64,000 nucleotides of DNA from an uncultured Actinomycetota bacterium (GTDB lineage Bacteria > Actinomycetota > Actinomycetes > Actinomycetales > CAWJMD01): contig CAWJMD010000008.1 of the NCBI GenBank assembly GCA_963843835.1, forward strand, positions 1,228,706-1,292,705. The letters are read 5' to 3'. This document shows, in pieces, positions 31,444 through 41,696 of the stretch; position 1 is the stretch's first letter; every line of letters starts with the position of its first letter. Under the pieces are notes generated by a model that saw only the letters and a program-made list of their open reading frames with translations, was not told the origin of the DNA and searched no databases. Made by a program: the position numbers and the translations under genes.

Positions 31444-32874
31444 TCAGCCGCTGAGGTGGTCGGGGTCCCGCAGGAACGTCCGGCGCCCGTAGCGGCCGCG
31501 GTTGTACAGCCAGGTCGCGCCCCAGAGCACCACGCCGATGACGAGCAGGACCCCGGCGACGCGGTACTGGACCGGGTCGCGTCCGGTCCACGGCCCCACG
31601 AGGTAGGCGCAGAAGACGGCGCCCAGGACGGGCACCGCCGTCGGAGCCCGGAAGTGCTCGTGCTCGACGGGGTCACGGCGGAGGATGAGCACCGCCACGT
31701 TCACGACCGTGAAGACCGCCAGCAGCAGGAGCGCCGTGGTGCCGCCGAGGGCTGCCACGTTGCCGAAGAACGTGATGAGGAAGACCGCCAGCAGGGTCGT
31801 GAAGACGATCGCCACCCACGGCGTCCGTCGCACCGGGTGCACCCGGGCGAGCACGGGCGGAACCACGAGCTCCTTCGCCATCCCGTAGAGGAGCCTGCTG
31901 GCCATCAGCATGTTGATGAGGGCCGAGTTCGCGACCGCGAACATCGAGATGAACGGGAACAGCTGCTCGGTCGGGAAGCCGGGCGCTCCCGCCTTGACGA
32001 CGTCGAGCAGCGGTGTCGCGTTGTCGGGGGCGGCGAGAACGCCGATCGGCACCAGCGCCACGGCGGTCATCGAGACCAGGACGTACACGAGACCCGTGAT
32101 GGCGAGCCCGGAGAGCATCACCTTGGGGAAGATGCGCGAGGGGTCCTTGGTCTCCTCGGCCATGTTGACGGAGTCCTCGAACCCGACCATCGCGAAGAAC
32201 GCCAACGAGGTCGCCGTCGTGACCGCCAGGAAGGCGTTCTTGTCGCCCGGGGACTCGAACACCGTGATCTGCGAGAAGTCGGCCCGCCCCTGCGTGATCG
32301 CGTAGAGCCCCACGAGGATCACGAGCACGAGACCCGACAGCTCCACCAGGGTGAGGACGACGTTGAGCTTCACGCTCTCGCCGACGCCACGGAAGTTGAT
32401 GGCCGCCACCGCGACCATGAACCCGATCGCCGCCAGCGTCACGGCGCCGCCCTCCCACCCGAGGCCGAAGCCCTTCGACAGGTTGCTGGCGAAGGCCTTC
32501 GACGCGGTGGACGCCGACGTGACGCCCGACGACATGACGATGAAGGCGACGAGGAACGTGACGAAGTGGATGCCGAACGCCTTGTGCGCGTAGAGGGCTG
32601 CTCCGGCCGCCTGCGGGTACTTGGTCACCAGCTCGAGGTAGCTGAACGCGGTCACCAACGCGACGACGAAGGCCACGAGGAAGGGCACCCACACGATGCC
32701 CCCGACGGCCCCGGCCACCTGCCCGGTGAGCGCGTAGATGCCGGTGCCGAGGATGTCGCCGACGATGAACAGCAGGAGCAGGCGCGGCCCCATCACGCGC
32801 TTGAGCTCGGGCTGGTCGGGCTCGGCGGCCACAGCCCGCCCGTCGGGTCCGTCGTCCTTGCGCAGCTCGGTCAT
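31444..32874 (-). CDS. APC family amino acid permease
   Basis: 476 aa with 12 predicted TM-like hydrophobic runs. LLLLFIVGDILGTGIYALTGQVAG is typical of the family. Confidence 0.85.
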   Translation of the reverse strand: MTELRKDDGPDGRAVAAEPDQPELKRVMGPRLLLLFIVGDILGTGIYALTGQVAGAVGGIVWVPFLVAFVVALVTAFSYLELVTKYPQAAGAALYAHKAFGIHFVTFLVAFIVMSSGVTSASTASKAFASNLSKGFGLGWEGGAVTLAAIGFMVAVAAINFRGVGESVKLNVVLTLVELSGLVLVILVGLYAITQGRADFSQITVFESPGDKNAFLAVTTATSLAFFAMVGFEDSVNMAEETKDPSRIFPKVMLSGLAITGLVYVLVSMTAVALVPIGVLAAPDNATPLLDVVKAGAPGFPTEQLFPFISMFAVANSALINMLMASRLLYGMAKELVVPPVLARVHPVRRTPWVAIVFTTLLAVFLITFFGNVAALGGTTALLLLAVFTVVNVAVLILRRDPVEHEHFRAPTAVPVLGAVFCAYLVGPWTGRDPVQYRVAGVLLVIGVVLWGATWLYNRGRYGRRTFLRDPDHLSG

Positions 32875-32964
32875 GGCCTCACTCCCTCGTGTGAGGGCTC
32901 ACTGTCCTACGCCGTGCCATGTCCGGACAACAGACGCGCTGGAGGGAAATGACCGATGCTCGAC

Positions 32965-35127
32965 TCAGGCGTCGATCCGCTCCCGGTCGAGCGCGTTCGC
33001 GCCCTCGACGATGAAGTCCTTGCGGGGCGCCACGTCGTTGCCCATCAACAGCTCGAAGGTGCGCTCGGCCGCCTCGGCGTCCGAGATGCGCACGCGCCGC
33101 AGTGTGCGGTGGCGAGGGTCCATCGTGGTCTCGGCCAGCTGGTCGGCATCCATCTCGCCGAGGCCCTTGTACCGCTGGATCGGCTCCTTGAAGCGCTTGC
33201 CGCCCTTCTCGAGCTTCTTCAGCAGCGTGTGCAGCTCGGCCTCGGAGTACGTGTAGATGAGCTCGTTCTTCGCTCGGCCGGCGCCGATGATCTCGACCCG
33301 GTGCAGCGGCGGGACGGCCGCGAACACACGGCCCTCGTCCACCAGCGGGCGCATGTACCTGAACATCAGGGTGAGCAGCAGCGTGCGGATGTGCGCCCCG
33401 TCGACGTCCGCGTCCGTCATCAGCACGACCTTGCCGTAGCGGGCCGAGCCGAGGTCGAAGGTGCGACCCGACCCGGCCCCGATCACCTGGATGATCGCCG
33501 CGCACTCGGCGTTCTTCAGCATGTCGGTGACGGACGCCTTCTGGACGTTGAGGATCTTGCCCCGGATCGGCAGCAGGGCCTGGAAGTCCGACGAGCGGGC
33601 CAGCTTCGCGGTGCCGAGCGCGCTGTCCCCCTCCACGATGAACAGCTCCGAGCGCTCGACGTCGTCGCTGCGGCAGTCGGCCAGCTTCGCGGGGAGCGAG
33701 GACGTCTCCAGCGCGTTCTTGCGGCGCTGGGTCTCCTTGTGCAGCCGCGCGCTGATGCGCGACTTCATCTCCGAGACGACCTTCTCCAGCAGGAGCGCCG
33801 CCTGCTGCTTCTCCCCCCGCTTGGTCGAGGTCAGCAGGCCGCCCAGCTCGCGCTCGACGACCTTGGCCACGATGCCGCGCACCGCCGACGTGCCCAGCAC
33901 CTCCTTGGTCTGCCCCTCGAACTGCGGCTCGGGCAGCCGGACGGTGAGCACGGCCGTCAGGCCGGCGAGAACGTCGTCCTTCTCCAGCTTGTCGTTGCCG
34001 ACCTTGAGCCGGCGGGCGTTCGACTCGACCACCTTGCGGAAGGTCTTGAGCAGTGACGTCTCGAAGCCGGCGAGGTGGGTGCCGCCCTTCGGGGTCGCGA
34101 TGATGTTGACGAAGGTGCGCACGTCGGTGTCGTAGCCGACGCCCCAGCGCAGCGCGACGTCGACCACGCACTCGCGCTCGACCTCGGTCGGCTCGAGGTG
34201 GCCCATCGCGTCCAGGACAGGGACCGTCTCGTGGAACGTCCCGGAGCCGTGGACGCGCCAGACCTCGGTCACCGGCGGGTCGACGGCGAGGTGCTCGACG
34301 AACTCGCTGATGCCGCCCTCGTGGAGGAAGTCCTCCTCGTGCGGGCCGTCGGCGCCGGGCGTGCCGGGTAGGCGACGCTCGTCACGGACCTTCAGCCGCA
34401 GGCCGGGGACGAGGAAGGACGTCTGCCGGGTCCGGGTGATGAGCTCGTCGTACGCGAACTGGGCGTCGCGGGTGAACACCTGCGGGTCAGCCCAGTAGCG
34501 GATGCGCGTGCCCGTGACGCCGCGCTTGGCCTTGCCGGCCACGCGCAGCTCGGATCCCTCGGTGAAGGCGCGGAACGGCGCGTCGGGACTGGGGCCGGAC
34601 GCCGGATCGTCGAAGACGCCGGGCTCCCCGCGCCGGAAGCTCATCGCGTAGGTCTTGCCACCCCGGTCGACCGCGACGTCCAGACGGGCCGACAGCGCGT
34701 TGACGACGCTGGCGCCCACGCCGTGCAGGCCCCCCGACGCCGCGTAGGAGCCGCCGCCGAACTTGCCGCCGGCGTGCAGCTTCGTGAAGACGACCTCGAC
34801 GCCGCTCAGGCCCGTCTTGGGCTCCGCGTCGACCGGGATGCCGCGTCCGTCGTCGTGGACCTCCACCGAGCCGTCCGGGTGCAGGAGCACCGAGATCGCC
34901 GACGCGTGGTGGTCGAGGGCCTCGTCGACCGCGTTGTCGATGATCTCCCAGAGGCAGTGCATGAGCCCGCGGGAGTCGGTGGAGCCGATGTACATGCCCG
35001 GGCGCTTCCGGACGGCCTCGAGCCCCTCGAGCACCGACAGGTGCCGGGCCGTGTAGGCCTGGGGATCGGCGGCGGTCCGCCCGTTGGCGGGGCGGGCGGG
35101 CGTCGGGGCGGTCTTGCTGGCGGGCAC
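32965..35127 (-). CDS. parE: DNA topoisomerase (ATP-hydrolysing) subunit B, topo IV ParE-like GyrB paralog
   Basis: 720 aa, GTG start. LEGLEAVRKRPGMYIGST, HCLWEIIDNAVDE, Toprim EGDSA and PLRGKILNV-type motif (PIRGKILNV). Confidence 0.85.
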   Translation of the reverse strand: MPASKTAPTPARPANGRTAADPQAYTARHLSVLEGLEAVRKRPGMYIGSTDSRGLMHCLWEIIDNAVDEALDHHASAISVLLHPDGSVEVHDDGRGIPVDAEPKTGLSGVEVVFTKLHAGGKFGGGSYAASGGLHGVGASVVNALSARLDVAVDRGGKTYAMSFRRGEPGVFDDPASGPSPDAPFRAFTEGSELRVAGKAKRGVTGTRIRYWADPQVFTRDAQFAYDELITRTRQTSFLVPGLRLKVRDERRLPGTPGADGPHEEDFLHEGGISEFVEHLAVDPPVTEVWRVHGSGTFHETVPVLDAMGHLEPTEVERECVVDVALRWGVGYDTDVRTFVNIIATPKGGTHLAGFETSLLKTFRKVVESNARRLKVGNDKLEKDDVLAGLTAVLTVRLPEPQFEGQTKEVLGTSAVRGIVAKVVERELGGLLTSTKRGEKQQAALLLEKVVSEMKSRISARLHKETQRRKNALETSSLPAKLADCRSDDVERSELFIVEGDSALGTAKLARSSDFQALLPIRGKILNVQKASVTDMLKNAECAAIIQVIGAGSGRTFDLGSARYGKVVLMTDADVDGAHIRTLLLTLMFRYMRPLVDEGRVFAAVPPLHRVEIIGAGRAKNELIYTYSEAELHTLLKKLEKGGKRFKEPIQRYKGLGEMDADQLAETTMDPRHRTLRRVRISDAEAAERTFELLMGNDVAPRKDFIVEGANALDRERIDA

Positions 35128-35365
35128 CCACCGAGACTAGCCGCGGCCACCGACGCATCCGTGTCGGCACGCTGGTCCGTTCGTGACCTGGATGCGACCT
35201 CCGACGTGGCGCAGGTCACGCTGACGGGCGCATCCGGCGACGGCTTCCACAACGAATCGGATACGCGTAGAGCGAACCGGGTGCAACTTACCGATCGGGA
35301 ACGTCCTGGTGTGGTGTCATGGTTGAACCCGGTGACAGACACGACAGCTCGATGGAAGGGACCCC

Positions 35366-35596
35366 GTGACCGCCACCCTCGCGACACCCAGTCTCACCGC
35401 CCTCGACCGTTGCGACCGGTGCGGCGCGCAGGCTTACGTCCGCGTGATGCTCGTATCGGGCGGTGAGCTGCTCTTCTGCGCTCACCACGGTCGCGAGCAC
35501 GACGTCAAGCTCCGGCAGGTCGCTGCTGCGATCACCGACGAGACCGACCGCCTCAACCCGGCGACCTCCCGGCTGCAGTCGGCCGGCACGGAGTGA
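35366..35596 (+). CDS. Small conserved actinobacterial Cys/His protein (DUF7455-like)
   Basis: 76 aa. LDRCDRCGAQAYVRVMLVSGGELLFCAHHGREH. I recall this family next to the principal sigma factor locus. The family name is from memory. Confidence 0.55.
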   Translation: MTATLATPSLTALDRCDRCGAQAYVRVMLVSGGELLFCAHHGREHDVKLRQVAAAITDETDRLNPATSRLQSAGTE

Positions 35597-35706
35597 CGCG
35601 GGCGTCACAGACGCACCCACCACGGGCCAGGACCGGCGACGGTCCTGGCCCGCGGTGCGTCCGGCGGCCCGTCCGCGAGGCGTCCGGGTCCGGGTAGGGT
35701 CCGCGG

Positions 35707-36210
35707 GTGGCCGGGCTGCGGGACGACATCACCCTGATCTGCGGCTTCGCGATCCTCGTCGGAGTGGTCGGGACCCTGCTGCCCGTGCTGCCGGGCGGCG
35801 TCCTGATCGCCGCCGCCGTGCTCGTGTGGGCGATCGTCGTGCAGACGGTGACCGCCTGGCTGGTGCTGCTGCTGGTGGTGGTCCTGATCGTGGCCGGCGC
35901 CGTGCTCAAGTACCTGACCGCCGGCCGAAAGATGGTCACGTCGGGAGTCCCGAACCGCTCGCTGGTGGTCGGCGGACTGGCCGGCATCGTCGGCTTCTTC
36001 GTGATCCCGCTGGTCGGCCTGGTCGTGGGCTTCATCGGCGGGCTGGCCGCCGCGGAGTACCACCGGCTACGGGACTGGGGTGCGGCCCGGCGCTCGTCGG
36101 TGACGGCGCTGGGCGCGGTGGGGCTGGGGATCCTCGTCGAGCTGGGGGCCGCCCTGCTGGCGGCGAGCGCCTGGCTGGTCGCCGTGCTCTTCCTGAACGC
36201 CGCCGGCTGA
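35707..36210 (+). CDS. DUF456 domain membrane protein
   Basis: 167 aa, four hydrophobic segments. GTLLPVLPGGVLIAAAVLVWA is typical of the family. Confidence 0.7.
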   Translation: MAGLRDDITLICGFAILVGVVGTLLPVLPGGVLIAAAVLVWAIVVQTVTAWLVLLLVVVLIVAGAVLKYLTAGRKMVTSGVPNRSLVVGGLAGIVGFFVIPLVGLVVGFIGGLAAAEYHRLRDWGAARRSSVTALGAVGLGILVELGAALLAASAWLVAVLFLNAAG

Positions 36211-36216
36211 CCCCGG

Positions 36217-36264
36217 ACGGCACGAAGCCCCCGCGGCCGGGCCGTGGGGGCTTCGTCGTGCCGT
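36217..36264. terminator. Hairpin between convergent DUF456 and sigA genes
   Basis: ACGGCACGAAGCCCCC (36217-36232) pairs with GGGGGCTTCGT(CG)TGCCGT (36246-36264). Stops at 36210 and 36268 flank it. Confidence 0.5.
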
Positions 36265-36267
36265 GGA

Positions 36268-37810
36268 TCAGTCCAGGTAGTCGCGCAGCACCTGGGACCG
36301 CGACGGGTGCCGCAGCTTCGACATCGTCTTCGACTCGATCTGGCGGATCCGCTCGCGCGTGACGCCGTACACCTTGCCGATCTCGTCCAGCGTCTTGGGC
36401 TGCCCGTCGGTCAGGCCGAAGCGCATGGAGACCACGCCGGCCTCGCGCTCGGACAGGGTGTCGAGCACCGAGTGCAGCTGCTCCTGGAGCAGGGTGAACG
36501 ACACGGCGTCGGCCGGGACGACCGCTTCGGAGTCCTCGATGAGGTCACCGAACTCGCTGTCGCCGTCCTCGCCGAGGGGGGTGTGCAGGGAGATGGGCTC
36601 GCGGCCGTACTTCTGCACCTCGACGACCTTCTCCGGGGTCATGTCGAGCTCCTTGGCGAGCTCCTCCGGAGTGGGCTCGCGCCCGAGGTCCTGCAGCATC
36701 TGGCGCTGGACACGGGCGAGCTTGTTGATGACCTCGACCATGTGGACCGGGATGCGGATCGTGCGGGCCTGGTCGGCCATGGCGCGCGTGATCGCCTGCC
36801 GGATCCACCACGTCGCGTACGTCGAGAACTTGAAGCCCTTGGTGTAGTCGAACTTCTCGACCGCACGGATCAGGCCGAGGTTCCCCTCCTGGATCAGGTC
36901 GAGGAACTGCATGCCGCGGCCTGTGTAGCGCTTGGCGAGCGACACGACCAGGCGCAGGTTCGCCTCGAGCAGGTGGTTCTTCGCACGGCGTCCGTCGTGG
37001 GCGATCCACTGCAGCTCGCGCTTGGCGGTGGCGCTCATCTTGGCGCCGGAGTTCAGCTTCTCCTCGGCGAACAGGCCCGCCTCGATGCGCTTGGCGAGCT
37101 CGACCTCCTCGCCGGCGTTGAGCAGGGCGACCTTGCCGATCTGCTTGAGGTAGTCCTTCACCGGGTCGGCGGTGGCGCCGGCGGTGGCGACCTGGACGGC
37201 GGGTGCGTCCTCCTCGTCGTCGTCGGCGAGCGTGAAGGACTCGTCCTTCTTCGTCGGGCCGACGGTGGTCTCGGCGCCGGCGGCCACGATCTCCTCGGGC
37301 GTCTGCGGACCGACGGTGTCCGCGGCCTCCTCGGCGACCTCGGCCTCGTCGGACGTCGTGGCCGCCGCGGCCTTCTTCGCGGCAGCCTTCTTCGCCGGGG
37401 CCTTCTTGGCAGCAGCCTTCTTCGCCGGGGCCTTCTTCGCGGCGGCCTTCCTGGCGGGCACCTCGGCGTCGTCCTCGGCTCGGCGCGGAGGCGGTCTTCT
37501 TCGAGGCCGCCTTCTTGGCGGGGGCCTTCTTCGCCGCAGCCTTGGTGGCCACGGTGGTGCGCGACGACGTGCTCGTGGCCGCGGCGACACGGCCGGTCGG
37601 GGTGGCCTCGACGACGACGGTGATGGCCGCGTCCTCGAGGGCTCGAAGCACACCCCGCATGCGCGCCATCGGGATCTGCGCGGACTCGCAGGCGTCGCGG
37701 AGCTCGGAGGCCACCACGGCACCCCTGGTGCGGCCGACCTCGAAGAGGCGCTGCATCTCCGGGTGGGAGAACTCGCGCGGGAGCGGGCGGGAAGACGGAA
37801 CCGACGACAC
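36268..37810 (-). pseudogene. sigA: Principal RNA polymerase sigma factor (SigA/HrdB/RpoD), one frame break as assembled
   Basis: Regions 1.2-4.2 are intact in ORF 36268..37884 ([16 protein letters not shown]...[27 protein letters not shown]...). The region 1.1-like N-terminus [42 protein letters not shown]... is in the frame of ORF 36545..37810 (GTG 37810). The join is near 37480, inside the Ala/Lys-rich linker. Confidence 0.9.
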
Positions 37811-38106
37811 AGATTGCCTTTCGTCCTACGGGGGGCTGGGGCAACAACCCTTTGGCCAGGTTCGGTGAGGAACCCCACCGGCACGGGTCACGACCGGGGT
37901 CGCGCCACCGTGAGCGGCACTGTCACAACGCTCGGCGGCCCCGAACCATGCCCACGTCGTCCTGTGTGCGGGCATGCGGCGGCAGGGGTCTCGTCAAGCA
38001 CTCCATTGTGACACGTGCCCACCGGGGGACGAGACCAAACCCCCTCCAGGGACCTGAGCGGGCAGGTCGCGGCGCCGAGCGCTGCGGCCGGTGACCGGAG
38101 GAACGG

Positions 38107-38508
38107 CTACTCGGAGGCCTTGACCGCGAGGACGGGGCAGGGTGCGTCGAGCAGGATGCGCTGGGCGTTGGATCCGAGGATCAGCTTGCCGACGGGCGTG
38201 CGGCGGCGCAGGCCGATGACGATCAGCTCGGCGTCGATCTCCTCCGCCACCTTCACCAGGTCCTCGGCCGGCTCGACCCCGCGGACGAGCTGCCTGACCT
38301 CGTGCTCGATCCCGGCCTCGTCGAGCCTGGCCTTGACCTCGCCGAGCTCGGCCTCGTAGCGGTTGGCCTCCTCGCGATCGAGGTCCTTGCCGCCGCGGTT
38401 GCTGTTGATCACCACCAGCCGCGCGTTGCGCAGGCGTGACTCGCGGGACGCCGCGTCCAGGGCCGCACGGCCTTCCTTCGTGGCTACGTACCCGACCACG
38501 ATCGCCAT
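38107..38508 (-). CDS. Universal stress protein
   Basis: ATG 38508 (SD GAGGAGG) inside listed ORF 38107..39156. MAIVVGYVATKEGRAALD...ELIVIGLRRRTPVGKLILGSNAQRILLDAPCPVLAVK. Confidence 0.8.
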   Translation of the reverse strand: MAIVVGYVATKEGRAALDAASRESRLRNARLVVINSNRGGKDLDREEANRYEAELGEVKARLDEAGIEHEVRQLVRGVEPAEDLVKVAEEIDAELIVIGLRRRTPVGKLILGSNAQRILLDAPCPVLAVKASE

Positions 38509-38683
38509 CGTCGGCCTCCTCGGTGTCACGGTGTGGAGTGCACACCGGGGAACGGACCACTCCTCGGCGACACGGTGCGAGCCGACGCTACCGGACCGCA
38601 GCGCCCCGCGTGGTGCGGCACTCCAACCCGCGGGCGGGGGTGCGGGGACCGGTCCCGCGAGCGCGACTGCGTAGCGTGGTCCC

Positions 38684-39184
38684 ATGGGCACCGCCGACGG
38701 CAACGGCTGGGTGGCCTGTCGCTGCGGGCGCAGGCACTGGGGCCTGCACGGCGCCGCGGGACTGCTCGTGCACCGCCACGGCCCGATGCGGACGACGGGG
38801 GCCGTCGGGCACGGCGAGGTGCTGCTCCAGCTGCGTGCGCCGTGGGTGCACCAGGGAGGCACCTGGGCCGCCCCCGGCGGGGCGATCGACAGCCACGAGA
38901 CCCCGGTCCAGGCCGCGCTGCGCGAGGCGGAGGAGGAGGCCGGTGTCGTCGCCGAGCAGGTCCGCGTGCATGACGTGCTCGTGAGCGCGGACCACCAGGA
39001 CTGGCGGTACCACCTGGTGCTGGCCTCCGCGGTGGGGGCCGTGCAGGCGTTCACCGCGAACGCCGAGACGAGCACCATGCGGTGGGTGCCTGTCGAGCAG
39101 GTCACCGAGCTCGGGCTGCACCCCGGCTTCGCGGCCTCGTGGCCACTGGTGCTCACGGCCGTGCAGCGGCTCGCCGTCCCGTGA
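38684..39184 (+). CDS. NUDIX hydrolase
   Basis: 166 aa with Nudix box GGAIDSHETPVQAALREAEEEAGV. Confidence 0.75.
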   Translation: MGTADGNGWVACRCGRRHWGLHGAAGLLVHRHGPMRTTGAVGHGEVLLQLRAPWVHQGGTWAAPGGAIDSHETPVQAALREAEEEAGVVAEQVRVHDVLVSADHQDWRYHLVLASAVGAVQAFTANAETSTMRWVPVEQVTELGLHPGFAASWPLVLTAVQRLAVP

Positions 39185-39211
39185 GACCCACGCCGCCGGC
39201 GTGGGCGCAGG

Positions 39212-40342
39212 TCAGCCCGCCGGCTGCTGGCAGCGGCTGAGCAGCGTGGTCACGAGCCGGCCGACGGCGTCGGACTCGATCAGGAACGCGTCGTGCCCGT
39301 AGGGCGACTGGATCACCGATACCTCGCCGGCACCCGGGATCCCGGCGGCGAGCTCGGCCGACTGGTGCACCGGGTAGAGGCGGTCCGAGTCGATCGCGGC
39401 GACCAGCGTGCTCGCCGTGACCCGCGACAGGGCCGACGAGACGCCCCCGCGTCCGCGGCCCACGTCGTGCGAGCTCATCGCCTCGGTCAGGGTCACGTAG
39501 GAGCCGGCGTCGAACCGGCCCGCGAGCTTGCCGCCGTGGTGCTGGAGGTACGACTCGACCGCGTAGCGCCCGCCGCCCCCGAGGGGCTGCTCCCCCGGCT
39601 GCGCCTCCCGGCCGAAGCGGAGGTCGAGCTCGCTGGCGCTGCGGTACGTGGCGTGGGCGATCTGCCGGGCGACGTTGATCCCGTGGACCGGGCCGAGCCC
39701 GTCCTCGACGTCGTAGTAGTCGCCGCCGCGGTAGGCGGGGTCGGTGCGGATCGCGTGCAGCTGGGGGGAGCACCACCCGATCTGGTCGGCGCTCGCCGCC
39801 GCGGTGGCCGCCAGCACGAGCAGCCGGGCGACCCGCTGCGGGTGGGTCACGCCCCACTCGAGCGCGCGCATGCCTCCCAGCGACCCACCGAGCACGAGGC
39901 CCCACGTCTCGATCCCGAGGTGGTCGGCGAGCTCGGCCTCGACCGCGACCTGGTCCCGCACAGTCAGGAACGGGAAGCGGCTCCCCCAGGCCCGGCCGTC
40001 CGGTCCGGGGGACGAGGGGCCGGTCGTCCCCTGGCATCCGCCGAGCACGTTGGGAGCCACCACGAACCAGCGGTCCGTGTCGATCGGGCGGCCGGGGCCG
40101 ACGAGGGCCCCCCACCAGCCGGGTGTGGGGTGTCCCGGTTCGACAGGTCCGCTGACGTGGCTGTCGCCGGTGAGTGCGTGCAGGACCAGCACGGCGTTGT
40201 CGCGCGCCGGCGAGAGGTCCCCCCACGTCTCGTAGGCCACCTGCACGGACGGCAGCTCCCCGCCGGCCTCCAGCCGCTGGGGCCCCAGGTGGAGGAACTG
40301 CCGCCGTCCCGGCGGCTCACCCTCGCGCCAGGCAGCGGTCAC
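39212..40342 (-). CDS. metX: Homoserine O-acetyltransferase
   Basis: 376 aa alpha/beta hydrolase with GGSLGGMRALEW and the characteristic ...LVLHALTGDSH... 4-nt overlap with metY. Confidence 0.9.
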   Translation of the reverse strand: MTAAWREGEPPGRRQFLHLGPQRLEAGGELPSVQVAYETWGDLSPARDNAVLVLHALTGDSHVSGPVEPGHPTPGWWGALVGPGRPIDTDRWFVVAPNVLGGCQGTTGPSSPGPDGRAWGSRFPFLTVRDQVAVEAELADHLGIETWGLVLGGSLGGMRALEWGVTHPQRVARLLVLAATAAASADQIGWCSPQLHAIRTDPAYRGGDYYDVEDGLGPVHGINVARQIAHATYRSASELDLRFGREAQPGEQPLGGGGRYAVESYLQHHGGKLAGRFDAGSYVTLTEAMSSHDVGRGRGGVSSALSRVTASTLVAAIDSDRLYPVHQSAELAAGIPGAGEVSVIQSPYGHDAFLIESDAVGRLVTTLLSRCQQPAG

Positions 40343-41658
40343 TCGACCGCCTTGGCCGCCGTGAACCCGCTCTCGAGGTCGGCGAGGATGTCGTCGATGT
40401 GCTCCAGGCCCACCGAGAGCCGGACCAGGCCGGGTGTGACGCCGGTCGTCAGCTGCTCCTCGTCGCTCAGCTGGCTGTGCGTCGTCGAGGCCGGGTGGAT
40501 GACCAGGCTGCGCACGTCACCGATGTTGGCGACGTGGCTGTGCAGGGTCAGTCCGTCCACGAAGCGACGGCCCGCCTCGAGACCACCGGCGAGCTCGAAA
40601 GCCAGGACACCGCCGGCGCCGCGCGGCGCGTACTTGCGCGCCTGGGCCGCCCACGGGCTCGACGGAAGGCCCGCGTAGTGGACCGCGGTGACCTCGTCGC
40701 GTCCCTCGAGCCACGTCGCCACCGCCGTCGCGTTCTGCACGTGCCGCTCGACCCTGAGGCTGAGGGTCTCGATGCCCTGGGCGATGAGGAAGGCGTTGAA
40801 CGGCGAGGCGGCGGCTCCCAGGTCGCGCAGCAGCTGGACGCGGGCCTTGAGGATGTACGACAGGTTCGCGCCCAGCGCGCTCCCGACGCCGAGGTCCTTG
40901 GCGTAGGTCAGGCCGTTGTAGCTGGGGTCCGGGGTGTTGAAGCCGGGGAAGCGCTCGGGGTGGGCGGCGTAGTCGAACGTGCCGCCGTCGACGATGGCGC
41001 CCGCGATGGCGGTGCCGTGCCCGCCCAGGTACTTGGTGGCCGAGTGGACCACCACGTCGGCACCCCACTCCAGCGGGCGGACCAGGTACGGCGTGGGCAC
41101 GGTGTTGTCGATGATCAGCGGGACGCCGACCTCGTGGGCGACGGCGGCCACCGCCTCGATGTCGAGCACGTCCTGCTTCGGGTTCGAGATGCTCTCGCCG
41201 AAGAAGGCCTTCGTGTTCTCGCGGACGGCCGCCCGCCACGACCGCGGGTCGTCCGGGTCGTCGACGAAGGACACCTCGATGCCGAGCTTGGGCAGCGTGT
41301 AGTGCAGCAGGTTGTAGGTGCCGCCGTAGAGGCTGGGGCTCGCGACCAGGTGGTCGCCCGCCTCGGCCACGTTGAGGAGGGCGATCGTCTCGGCCGACTG
41401 GCCCGAGGCGACGAGCAGGGCCCCCACTCCCCCCTCCAGGCTGGCGATGCGCTGCTCGACCGCGTCCGTGGTCGGGTTCATCAGCCGCGTGTAGATGTTG
41501 CCGAACTCGCCCAGGGCGAAGAGGTTCGCGGCGTGGTCGGTGTCGCGGAACACGTACGAGGTGGTCTGGTAGATCGGCAGTGCCCGCGCGCCGGTGGCGG
41601 AGTCGGGCTGCTGGCCCGCGTGGATCTGTCGGGTCTCGAAGGACCAACCGTCGGTCAT
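40339..41658 (-). CDS. metY: O-acetylhomoserine aminocarboxypropyltransferase (sulfhydrylase)
   Basis: 439 aa PLP enzyme. FETRQIHAGQ...PIYQTTSYVF...HSATKYLGGHG. SD AGGAGA upstream. Confidence 0.9.
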   Translation of the reverse strand: MTDGWSFETRQIHAGQQPDSATGARALPIYQTTSYVFRDTDHAANLFALGEFGNIYTRLMNPTTDAVEQRIASLEGGVGALLVASGQSAETIALLNVAEAGDHLVASPSLYGGTYNLLHYTLPKLGIEVSFVDDPDDPRSWRAAVRENTKAFFGESISNPKQDVLDIEAVAAVAHEVGVPLIIDNTVPTPYLVRPLEWGADVVVHSATKYLGGHGTAIAGAIVDGGTFDYAAHPERFPGFNTPDPSYNGLTYAKDLGVGSALGANLSYILKARVQLLRDLGAAASPFNAFLIAQGIETLSLRVERHVQNATAVATWLEGRDEVTAVHYAGLPSSPWAAQARKYAPRGAGGVLAFELAGGLEAGRRFVDGLTLHSHVANIGDVRSLVIHPASTTHSQLSDEEQLTTGVTPGLVRLSVGLEHIDDILADLESGFTAAKAVE

Positions 41659-41696
41659 GTCGTCTCCTAGGTGCCTCGAAAGGGCCCGTGGAGGGG

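Noticed and set aside
37370-37450. Short tandem repeats in sigA (30-nt AKK units) and at 60390-60448, considered as CRISPR-like or VNTR elements
   Set aside because: They are coding low-complexity Ala/Lys(/Pro) repeats. There are no spacers, no cas genes, and the unit lengths are multiples of 3.
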